The notes under the pieces were generated by a model. The model was not told where the DNA came from and did no database searches. It worked only from the letters and a program-made list of their open reading frames with translations. A stretch of DNA of 20,673 nt, from the NCBI GenBank assembly GCA_024626585.2, contig JANKJI020000001.1, positions 8,544,750 through 8,565,422 of the forward strand, in the 5' to 3' direction. A program made the position numbers and the translations under genes. The stretch is from Ginkgo biloba (Eukaryota > Plantae > Ginkgophyta). Shown piece after piece: positions 1-9,997 of this stretch. Position 1 is the stretch's first letter. Every line of letters starts with the position of its first letter.

Positions 1-901
1 TAATAGTCTCGATACCTTTGGGTTGAAAATGTATTTGAACCAGTAAGAGAAGGCTGGACGGTCTTCTTTAAGAGACCTACTTTATTATATTGAGGCCCAT
101 AAAATATGTTGGTCCACAAAATATTGACCAATGAAATTACAAGGTTGTACGGCCTCTCAAATTTCTACATATAGATCTAGATGATAATGCACTCTTTTTT
201 CATAAATATGGCCTTGTTTAATTCATGGCAAAAGAAGTGGAACTAAGAACAATGATGTTGGTGGAACGTTGCGCCAAGCAAATATTAGGGAGACTAACTG
301 AAACCCTATTGTAAGCTGTTTTAATCTTCGTGAGATGTAATCTCCTATTGGTTGCCTTAATATAATATAATATAATATGAGTATTCAAGATTTTAAAGAG
401 TGAAACAATTAGATATGGTAAGCCTGGTGTCTGATTTCCCCTTTTTTTGGACTATGATGAAAATTCCCATCTCCAATCCTCGAATATAATAATCCGGCAA
501 CTTGATTCCATCTCTGCACCAAGCAAAAAGGGGTGAAGCAATTCTAACACCTTACTCTCCATCAAGTTGACAGACAAATCTGCATTGCAAGAGGACGGGG
601 AAAGCTGTACAGGGGCGCCAACAATGCAGAACTTCGAACTCATTTGGAGGGTTTGAAAGGGGCATTAATCTTGACTTAATTGCAGCTGAATTCCAGGTTT
701 GTTCATATTGCAGAGCGAATTTCCAATACACTCATTTGATTTGCTCTGAGAATGCATAGGTATTCTGTCGGTGACAAGAAGCCAACAATATGATCTATGC
801 AATTTTATTACAACGGCAAGGGGTTGAACCCATGATGGATGGAAGGAGCGAAAATGAGAACATGTAAAAGGAAAGGTGGGGGGTGGAGATAAAAAAAATA
901 C

Positions 902-955
902 CTGTTTAGGCTGTGAGTCTTCACTGATCTCGGACCGTTCTTCATCTGTACTCAT
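902..955 (-). CDS. Candidate first coding exon (or uORF) of an unidentified host gene, MSTDEERSEISEDSQPKQ, followed by a phase-0 intron
   Basis: On the minus strand, the ATG at 955-953 has context gcaaaATGa. It is followed by 18 codons, then CAG|GTATTT (donor at 901-900) and pyrimidine-rich sequence. It lies in a CpG-rich stretch downstream of a motif cluster. No convincing second exon or homology recognised. Confidence 0.3.
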
Positions 956-1084
956 TTTGCACAGTAGTTCTGACAATAATGTGGATGTTAAAACACACTT
1001 CCCGACCGATTATTCGTCGACAGACAGATGGATCTGAAGAAGTTTTTGGTGAGGAAGCGTTGGATGCTTCGGGACTCGCCTTCA

Positions 1085-1340
1085 AATTTGTATGTCAGGC
1101 AAATTGCAGTTAATTCCTCCTTGGCCAATCACATCATAATTTAACTGCAGTTAGTTCACGTGTTATGCAATACCTTTGTAAACCCCTTGTATTTAAATTT
1201 GGTGCTCCGTAGGTTAATGGGACTCTGTGTTTCTATTGATGGTCATCGGAAGGGGAGGGCCCAAAGTACGAATCTTTAACCCGTCGATGTGTCGCGGACC
1301 CACTTGTTTATGCCATGATATGACATCAGGGCTCTCGTCA
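1085..1340 (-). promoter_or_regulatory. Promoter-like CpG-retaining region
   Basis: CCAAT at 1125-1129, G-box CACGTG at 1157-1162, site II GGCCCA at 1258-1263 and class I TCP site GGACCCAC at 1296-1303. CG dinucleotides are retained here, unlike in the interior. Strand is inferred from the candidate exon. Confidence 0.45.
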
Positions 1341-2732
1341 TGCTGCTATTTGTAGCCATGCATGTCAAATCTTGCTGGATATTATCTCATTTGCACATCC
1401 ACAAAGCACACCATAATCGTTAAGATTAGGGAAATTAAAAGGGTTTTAATAAATATTTTTCCGTGCAAACCTCCAAGCATAAAGCTAGGCAGCAAAACCT
1501 CGATCCCATTAATCTTAAGGTGCCATAGGTTTCCAAAATGGGGATAGATCCCAAAGAAGTTGGGTCCCATTTAACAAATCATAGATGTGCAAAATAAAAC
1601 TTCAAGGGTCACCTCGTGACTAGTCTATGTTTTAATTGGATTTTTTAATTATTTTTTACTAAAGTGGTTTTTTTTGTCTTAGAGTCTGCCATCATAATGT
1701 TACTTATCATAGATGCTAATTGTAGTGCTCCAATCTCTTTCACGTTGCCTCAAGGGACATTTAAATTCGATCTGCCATCAATAATCGTACGAAAGATATG
1801 TTAGTTAATGATTTTTATCAATACTTGAGGATCCTCTTTATCTTCTCCTTGTATCTGCTTCAAGTTTGATACTTCCTATATTAATCTCATTTAGTTCTTT
1901 GTGTAAGTTGAGATTTAACTTTACTAGGATCTCCCCTTGCCTTCAAGGTGTGGCTTTCATCATCTTTTCTTACATTTTTAGAGTCCAATTCAAATTACTT
2001 GTAAAGAATGGTTGATTGCTTATAGCAAAACTTACAGTTGCTACTATACTTCTTAACTTGTCGCTAATTCATTTGCAAGTGCCTTATATCGATATAGTCC
2101 ATCAATCTTTTCTACATATTTTAATGATCTTCTCTAGGAGTAGGTGATANNNNNNNNNNNNNNNNNNNNNNNNNNNNNNNNNNNNNNNNNNNNNNNNNNN
2201 NNNNNNNNNNNNNNNNNNNNNNNNNNNNNNNNNNNNGCCCTACGAAGGCGTATGTGCTAAAGCGTCCTTTACGAGTTCTTAGCACCGCACCAACTCCCAT
2301 GGGTGTCTGGCTCCTGGTTTTTACATCTTGAAGGCGTTGAGGGTAGTGCCTCATGCATCTTCTTTGGCTTTATCCATTCGCCCTCCCTTTTCCAGCGCCA
2401 TTTTCATCAATGGCAGTTATTTTTCTTCAGTTCCTTCTTCTCCTAGCAAATTCATTGGTGGGGTTTCAAGGCACTCTCGGAGGAGCTAATGTGGTGGTTC
2501 TCTTGAGTTTCCCTTCGGTGTGGGTGGCCATGCCTGCTAGATGCTTTTAAGTGCTCAAGGGTTAAGCTTCTTGTTTGGGAGGTGTTTTTTGGTAATTTGT
2601 TAAAGGATCTAATCATTGGTTTTGGTGGTGACNNNNNNNNNNNNNNNNNNNNNNNNNNNNNNNNNNNNNNNNNNNNNNNNNNNNNNNNNNNNNNNNNNNN
2701 NNNNNNNNNNNNNNNNNNNNNNNNNNNNNNNN

Positions 2733-2990
2733 GGAACCAAGGATGGTGTCTCCATCAACAGGATAAAATTTGAATGCCAATGCATAAGATAAAGTCCACT
2801 TCTATCCATAAAATATGGGCCTATAGAGCTAAACATAGTGATGAAGAAACTATGACCAACTCGAATAACATTGTTTGGGTTCTTGACTAGGAGGTTTTCA
2901 CTCAAGACTTCAAGTTGCCAGGGTTTGTCCATAGGCCAAAAAAAATCTAATTAAATCCCTATTTTTTAGAAAATGGAGTTTGTTGCTAAC
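2733..2990 (-). mobile_element. L1-clade LINE ORF1 remnant (DUF4283-like), frameshifted
   Basis: Joining minus frames gives FLKNRDLIRFF/GLWTNPGNLKS*VKTS*/VGHSFFITMFSSIGPYFMDRSGLYLMHWHSNFILLMETPSLVP. This fits the plant LINE ORF1 pattern G.W....L..W....W ... GFF...F ... GP.F....L.L..W...F.P....P. Both stops fall at expected Trp positions. Confidence 0.7.
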
Positions 2991-3274
2991 CTTTTTCATT
3001 AAAATCTTACATCTAGGTTTATCCACCAACTTCTTTACAAGTGGAAATTTCTTCATAGTCGAAGTCAAGGTTTTTTGTGCTTCTAACTCCCAAAACATCC
3101 TAGATACTTCCTAAATCTTTGAGGAAGGGATGAGGCCTACAAAGGGGGTAGAGGGGGAGGTTGTTTATAAGATCTGCCATGGTTTTGAAACACAAGAATG
3201 CTAGATTAATCAAATTCTATACATATTTTTCAGTTACCTTCCACCACATCATTTCAAAAAAANNNNNNNNNNCC

Positions 3275-3550
3275 TGGATCTTTTAAATATTAATCAATTG
3301 AGGTATAAAGAATTTTTGTGATCTAAAATCTTTAAAATACTCCTAAACTTATTTTTGAAAAACTGTTTAAGTTGTGCATTAAATTACTTCTTGAATGAAC
3401 CATACTAATTCATCTCCTCAATGTGTGGTAGAAAAGCATGCCTTTAGTTCTCCCTCTTATGTAATCCTTTTCACTTTTTAAACTAAACTATATAAAAATA
3501 ACTTTCTATTTGAGTTCCCTTTGCCATCATAACATGGTAATTGTAAAACA
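3275..3550 (-). mobile_element. Ty3/gypsy gag (capsid) remnant
   Basis: A single minus frame reads LPCYDGKGNSNRKLFLYSLV*KVKRIT*EGELKACFSTTH*GDELVWF...TT*TVFQK*V*EYFKDFRSQKFFIPQLINI*K. This matches the Retrotrans_gag pattern LP.YDG ... F..TLRG.AL.WF ... W......F ... L.NIKQ. Confidence 0.6.
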
Positions 3551-4100
3551 TAATTAGAAGGAGTAGAAGCTAAAGTTTCCATTTTATATGGTGGAATCAA
3601 GCAAGGGTTTTGTAATTAGTGTTACTAAAGGCTTCTACATTAGTAATAAATTTAATGGAGTAACTTGTTTTTCATTCAAAAAAGGAATACTTTTGGTTCC
3701 ACTACCTTCCTCCTCATCTTCAATATGAGGATCTAGACCACTATCATCTTTCCTAAGACTTCCTTTACTAGAATGCTCCTTGTCACATCTAATTACTTTA
3801 ATAGAAATATCTAGGTCCAAAGTTGGATTTTATTTTTCTTTCTTTAACATAGCTAAAAATAGTACCTANNNNNNNNNNTGACTGTGATTGCATTTGTGTT
3901 CTCTTCCCTCCTACCAGCACTCTGTAGTCTTTTTTTAATGTAAGAGGTATACCCTTTGGTGATATATATGATTCTTCCTATGGTATTAGTTCACTTACCA
4001 TATTTCCACTTATAGGTTCCATTGAATTGATATAACATCACACTCCAAGTTGAAATCTTGAAATTTTCACCCTATTCCTTTATTTCACCTTGATATCTAC

Positions 4101-4112
4101 ATTAAGGGGGTG
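4101..4112 (+). mobile_element. Possible polypurine tract / 3' LTR start
   Basis: ATTAAGGGGG is immediately followed by TG (4111-4112), the usual PPT-LTR junction form. No partner LTR identified. Confidence 0.35.
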
Positions 4113-4123
4113 TAGTCCTTTGA

Positions 4124-4177
4124 TTTTGTTGTAGTTATAGCGTTAAAATTTTTTGTTGTAGTTATAACATTAAGAAA
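4124..4177. repeat. 27-bp tandem duplication (2 copies)
   Basis: ttttgttgtagttatagcgttaaaatt (4124-4150) and ttttgttgtagttataacattaagaaa (4151-4177). Confidence 0.85.
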
Positions 4178-5056
4178 TTAAAATTGTAGAGTGGTTTTTT
4201 TAGCTCATGTAAGAAATAAAACTATTTGTTTACTTCTTAAGGTCAATATATAAGACTAAAAGAGAATGCAAGACTTCTACAATTCTAACCTAGATGGTGC
4301 ATAGTCATACTAAATTGACAAGAGACCCTAGGTTATAACTATGAAACAACTAGACCTAGAATTTTGACATTCTACATAGACTACCATACCAAGGATTATT
4401 TATATAGGTGGTAACCACTAGCCATGACATTCCTCACAATCGATGCAGGCATTATTTTAATCTTCAGTTAGATTCCACTTCCTCCATGCTATTTGTAAGT
4501 GTCGAAAAGACAACTAAATATTATTTTTCCATGGCCATTCTCACAAAATATGCACATCATATCTTAATAGAAAATATGCATAGTAAGAGTCATGCAATAT
4601 AGGACAATATAAAGATCCATAACATAGGGTATAAATGCATCCAATTTAATCTAGAATCCCATTACTATATGGAGATGTTCCATTTATATTGCTATTAACA
4701 AACTTCTCGCCCATATTACATGCTTCCTTATATAAAGTTTAAATCCCTAACTATCTACATTTAATTTATAACTAATTAAGCATTTTTAGCCTTTACAGTC
4801 TAAGTCACCTCGTTCAAATTTGAATTTGATTTTGATGAGAAAAAAATTCAACAAAATATTTCTAAGGCCAAAGAAAATAAAAAATATTCATTGTAAAGTT
4901 CATCAAAATACCTAAATATTTTTCTTAAATAACATTCATATTTTCAAAGATGTTTGAGGGGTGGAGTGCACACTTAGCATTCAAAATAGTCTTCAGTATT
5001 AACATTAAAACAATGAGTGGAATACAAAAGTGAATAATTATTACGATGCTTCAGCA

Positions 5057-5627
5057 NNNNNNNNNNNNNNNNNNNNNNNNNNNNNNNNNNNNNNNNNNNN
5101 NNNNNNNNNNNNNNNNNNNNNNNNNNNNNNNNNNNNNNNNNNNNNNNNNNNNNNNNNNNNNNNNNNNNNNNNNNNNNNNNNNNNNNNNNNNNNNNNNNNN
5201 NNNNNNNNNNNNNNNNNNNNNNNNNNNNNNNNNNNNNNNNNNNNNNNNNNNNNNNNNNNNNNNNNNNNNNNNNNNNNNNNNNNNNNNNNNNNNNNNNNNN
5301 NNNNNNNNNNNNNNNNNNNNNNNNNNNNNNNNNNNNNNNNNNNNNNNNNNNNNNNNNNNNNNNNNNNNNNNNNNNNNNNNNNNNNNNNNNNNNNNNNNNN
5401 NNNNNNNNNNNNNNNNNNNNNNNNNNNNNNNNNNNNNNNNNNNNNNNNNNNNNNNNNNNNNNNNNNNNNNNNNNNNNNNNNNNNNNNNNNNNNNNNNNNN
5501 NNNNNNNNNNNNNNNNNNNNNNNNNNNNNNNNNNNNNNNNNNNNNNNNNNNNNNNNNNNNNNNNNNNNNNNNNNNNNNNNNNNNNNNNNNNNNNNNNNNN
5601 NNNNNNNNNNNNNNNNNNNNNNNNNNN
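5057..5627. other. Largest assembly gap (one of many N-runs)
   Basis: Continuous N-run. The supplied ORFs spanning it (5030..5695, 5046..5663) are artefacts. Confidence 0.99.
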
Positions 5628-5739
5628 TTGCTAAAAAATATTTTTTTTCTAAAAAATCGATGAATCTTATGACCCTATTTATAGTAATTACATGACTTAA
5701 ATTCTATAATGTAAGTTAAAAAGTTTATTTTCAACATAC

Positions 5740-6900
5740 ACTTTTCTTTGCTTGTGAACTATTTAAGTGATTGTTCTAAGAGTAGTATATGTTCATCTAG
5801 AAGACCATTATTAAATAGGTCTTTTATTGCTAACATGACGATAGGCGTATTAGGAAGTTTTTCCTCTACTGTCATTCCTAATAATGAGATCTTGTGTTAT
5901 AAGATACTATATTAAGTTATTTTATTACTAGAACCCATTTTTGTGTTCTTTAGTTAGATCATCTTTAGAAAGTATTCAATAAGGTTGGATTCATCACTTT
6001 AATGTGATGATTCAAGAAGTAATGACATAGTTTCTTTACTAAAAGAATAATGGTAGGACAATATTTTTCACTAGGAGTATATTTCAATTCAATACAATAA
6101 TTATTTTTAATTATATAATTAATAACTTATATAATTTTTTTGCCATTTTATTACATAAGAATCATTATCAATGAAATATTTTTAGGTGTAAACTATAAAC
6201 TCTTTTTTAGAGTTATTAGACATGAGGGACAACATTATTGTCAAAATTATTTTTAAATCCTTGAAGGTTTATTATGTAGAACTAATGCACACAAACAATA
6301 TTTCATTTTCTAAGATGTTTATATGTCTAGGAGGCATTAAAGAGATTTTTTGCAATAAAATGTATTTTGTATCCTTAATTCCACAGGAGAGCATTTTGTC
6401 TTACCTTCTTAAGGAATTAGTTCTAAAAGTTATTTGAAGTAATCCAAGTTTACCATTTTGCATTATTTTGATATGATGGAACTTAGTAGTGTTTTCCAAG
6501 TTATCCCTAAAATATATTTTAAGGGATGACCTCTTTTACAATATTTTCAACAATGCTTAAAGATTATCCTCAAATTACGGATGTGGTCTTCATGTATTTT
6601 AATGAGCATTTAAATTGATGGAATACATCTATAATTTCATTGAAAATGTAATAGAGATAAAGGATAATAACCTATTATAAGTTGCCTAAATGTTAAGTAA
6701 TCCTAAAGGTAGAATTTTTTAGACTAATTTCCCCTAACGGGTTGTAAAAAAGAGTTGATTTTTGGTCTTTAGATAATAAAATTTAGTTATAACAAAAGCA
6801 ACCATCTATAAAGAATATAATTTTAATATCCCATTACTTTACCAATCACCCCATTTAAGAAGGGTAATGAGACACTATTCTCCTTTGAGACTTTAATGAG
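5740..6900 (-). mobile_element. Highly decayed non-chromoviral Ty3/gypsy (Athila/Tat/Ogre-like) pol remnant: RT and RNase H
   Basis: RT motifs across minus frames: LIKVSKENSVSLPFLNGVIGKVMGY, FIDGCFCYN*I, FTTR*GKLV*KILPLGLLNI*ATYNR, HEDHIRNLRIIFKHC*KY...HPLKYILGITWKTLLSSIISK. RNase H motifs: ELKYTPSEKYCPTIILLVKKLCHYFLNHHIKV (about 6090-5995) and KWVL (about 5941-5930). The DGFSGYNQI/TPWG-type motifs mark the non-chromoviral branch. Missed by the ORF track. Confidence 0.8.
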
Positions 6901-7259
6901 GTTATTGATACCTATATAAATAAAAATTAATCCTATGTTTTTTATTATTGGGTTTTCAACTATATGTTAAAATTTTATTGAGAACATCTACACAATAATT
7001 TATGACAACCAGTACGATGAGAGTTTACAAAGGATATGGTCACTATAGAAGAGACCTATATGACAATAATGGAGGAAGACCATGAATCGACTAAAAAAGG
7101 TAAAATTCCCCTACCCATCCCAACATCAANNNNNNNNNNNNNNNNNNNNNNNNNNNNNNNNNNNNNNNNNNNNNNNNNNNNNNNNNNNNNNNNNNNNNNN
7201 NNNNNNNNNNNNNNNNNNNNNNNNNNNNNAGTAACCTTCTTTAGATTGTTGGTGGTATT

Positions 7260-9710
7260 GTAATATTATAAGGTTACCTTGGGTGGCTTGCAATTTATGG
7301 TGTCTATCCTATCAACCTAGGCTAGCTAAATGTGGATCCATTATTGTTTACTCATGGCTTGGGTTGATGGATCAGAGGGCATGGTAGCACTTTATTAGGA
7401 AGAAGTATGAGGGATAGAAAATGGAGTCATGGTGGACTTCTAAAGGATGGAGGAAATATTGGATGGGCCTGAGGAAGAGGCCATGGTTGATTCTCCTAAA
7501 ACTAAAATAATATCATGAATCCTAGGGTAGTTGCAGCCTCTAATGTAGTAAGAATGTTGACGGATATTACTCAATTGGAGTGATGAATATGGTAGTAGGG
7601 ACACTGATAATAGAAGAGGTGTTAGAGGTTAATAGAGATGTGAAAGATGGGGGTGGAGTGGGAATACTAAATGCAAGGGAATCCCATAAGTTTGGTTTGA
7701 GTGAGATGAGAGGAAAAATTTAAATGCCTGTTGATAAGTCGAATGGAGGGGCAACCTTCATTTTCAACATCCTTGTTTTACTTGAAACTATGGTAGTGTA
7801 TGAGGAAGATGGTATATTAGCATGAGAATAAGTAGAGGGAGATACAAAAGAATTATTTGTTCTCTTCCCACTAGTGTTGGGAGAATAATGTGAAGAAGGA
7901 GCGAGGGGAGCTATGATATGAAGCACTAGAGTGGAGTCACTAGGAGAGGATTGGATGGTATATATCAGAGTTATGGGTGGAATGGGTGTAGGGGAAGGTG
8001 TGATCAATGAGAACACACTCCCTAGTGAAGGGATCTTGAAGGAAGAAGGGGAACCCATGCTTGGGGGTGTAGCAGTGCTAGGGCCTATTGAGGAGGAAAT
8101 TGTAACACTCAAACTGGCAATTAAAGCAGTAGGGAAAATAGGAGAGCTGCCTATAGTAGTGGCCAATGTGGGAGATAATTGGACCTCGATCAGCCCGGTC
8201 AATAATCCCTTCAGTAGTTTTTTCTTGAGAATCTCATATATCTCTTCTGGCTNNNNNNNNNNNNNNNNNNNNNNNNNNNNNNNNNNNNNNAGTCCCTTGA
8301 GCCTCCTGGGTGTATCTTATCTTGGATATCACTTCTTCCCAATTATCTGGGCACAAGTAGAATTGATCCTCTTCGAAATACTAGTGTTGGTAAACTATGT
8401 TAACCTTATCCTAGATTGATCTCAAGTGCTCCCTCACCCTATCACTAGGCTCCTAGTGCCTCATGAGAGCTTTGGAATTTAAGTTTATCGTTTTTATCTC
8501 CCTTATCACTTTCTCTAGTGATGGCCAATTTTAGAAGTAGACATCGCCTATTTTGAAAGGAAGATGGGGGTACAACTTTTGATTTGTCATCTTACACCTC
8601 TTGGCCACACTAAAGTGGCACTGTCTTGCTACTTCCAAGGTGGTCAACTAGTCAAGGACATAAGGTGGCAATATAGTGGGTGAGGTGAGTGTCCCTTTCA
8701 CCCTTATGTCAAAGTACCACCAGGCTCTAATTAGGGCTAAATCCTTCCTAACCGCCTTGGAAATCCTTAGCATGTCTTCCCTACGTATGGCTTTGTAGAT
8801 GATGGGATAGAAGTGGGTATAGATTGGGGAGACATGGCACTGGTACCTATGCACATAGAGTATTATAAATAATACATGGATGGAATCTTTCGATGGGCTA
8901 GGCCATGCGGGGAATAACGGGTGGTTGAACTCTAAGTAGGCACAACACGCGTCCATAATGTATGAGTACATGAAGAAGCTCCTCCCTAGTTTGGTGATGT
9001 TCTAGTTTGTATAAAGGATGAAGGTGAAGATGAGAGGTCAAGCCTCCAATAATTCATGATAATTTACCCCAGAATGGGTACTAAAAATTGGCTCACATGG
9101 TCTATATTGGCTGCTCCATATAACCTATTTAACAACATCATCCCAATTTTGACCCCTCTCTTGAACTGTGAGATGGAATAATCTAGGTTTTCCCTCNNNN
9201 NNNNNNNNNNNNNNNNNNNNNNNNNNNNNNNNNNNNNNNNNNNNNNNNNNNNNNNNNNNNNNNNNNNNNNTTTCATAAAGGCTTTTATTGTGTCTGCATT
9301 GTATACCATATCGAGCTGGGATATCTTGTATAGTTACATAAACACCAAACCACGTATAATGGCTACAGCTCCTGCGGGGGAGCCCAAGATTCCCTTTTCT
9401 AAAGTGTCATAGCACAAGGCTCTAGAGAAGAGATCCTTGCAAGGGAATATCTCTAGTTTTATTATAATCTTGTGTAGGCCAACAACTCTAATAGAAAAGA
9501 GGTCACTCTTATACTATGTGTCACCCTCTAAGATGTCTTCTTCTTCTACGAATAGTGTCTCCGCCCTCTCTATTAGGTAGTATATATCATTATAATTTTG
9601 GAGGCTATTATCATTCAGAAGCTCCCTCCTAAAGTGGGTGTTATTGAATTCAATACTGAAGATGGGGGGAAGCTCAAGAGTGGCAGCTTTAGGATCAATG
9701 GAGACTGTAC
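7260..9710 (-). pseudogene. Decayed retrotransposon accessory (extra) ORF of unknown function with Ser/Pro/Thr-rich tail
   Basis: The minus frame 9710-9271 runs about 146 codons with only two stops (...IRVVGLHKIIIKLEIFPCKDLF...). It continues through FKRGVKIGMMLLNRLYG, FFMYSYIMDACCA, SIHV, IRVKGTLTSPTILPPYVLD*LTTLEVARQ and YQH*YFEEDQFYLCPDNWEEV to about 8290, followed by a low-complexity S/P/T-rich region. No gag, PR, RT, RH or INT motifs. From memory it resembles extra ORFs of gymnosperm gypsy elements. Confidence 0.6.
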
Positions 9711-9997
9711 TTTAACTTCTCCTTTCTCAAATGGTCACTCAAGAAGGGAAAACTTTCCTTAAAAAGGCCAATTATATGGGGATTCAAGGCTAGGGAGGTT
9801 GCTCATAGGGTGCTCTAGATCAGAAGTTCTCTCTCAACTGGGTATGTCCTCTGTTTCACCCTTGCACCTATTTTCATCTTTGAATTTAGGCAGTTCCAGA
9901 GGATAGGGGAGATCCATCTCTTGCATGTAGACTTTAATGACATTAAAGTTGTGGTTTTGCGAGTGAGGTAGCCTTTTCCCAATTTGAATACTGGCCT

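Noticed and set aside
452-570. TGATG-GAG-AGT-AAG (MESK) resembling the SAMDC tiny/small uORF overlap
   Set aside because: The conserved continuation (GGKKK...YEAPLGYSIEDVRP) is absent in the frames read.
550-765. In-frame TGA in a minus frame (NTYAFSEQIK*VYWKF...) as a possible selenocysteine or read-through codon
   Set aside because: No selenoprotein motif or SECIS is recognisable, land plants lack the Sec machinery, and the frame has no recognised homology.
1537-1572. Bulged hairpin aaatgggga...cccaa-agaag-ttgggtcccattt as a miRNA precursor or terminator
   Set aside because: The stem is too short for a plant pre-miRNA, and intrinsic terminators are irrelevant in this context.
4396-6923. 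Inverted 14-bp match acctatataaataa (about 4396-4409 and 6910-6923) as terminal inverted repeats
   Set aside because: This is a generic LTR-type TATA motif in AT-rich DNA. The match does not extend and there is no target-site duplication.
7931-8419. 162-aa plus-strand Gly/Glu/Val-rich ORF
   Set aside because: It is the antisense shadow of the S/P/T-rich tail of the minus-strand accessory ORF, and it spans a gap.
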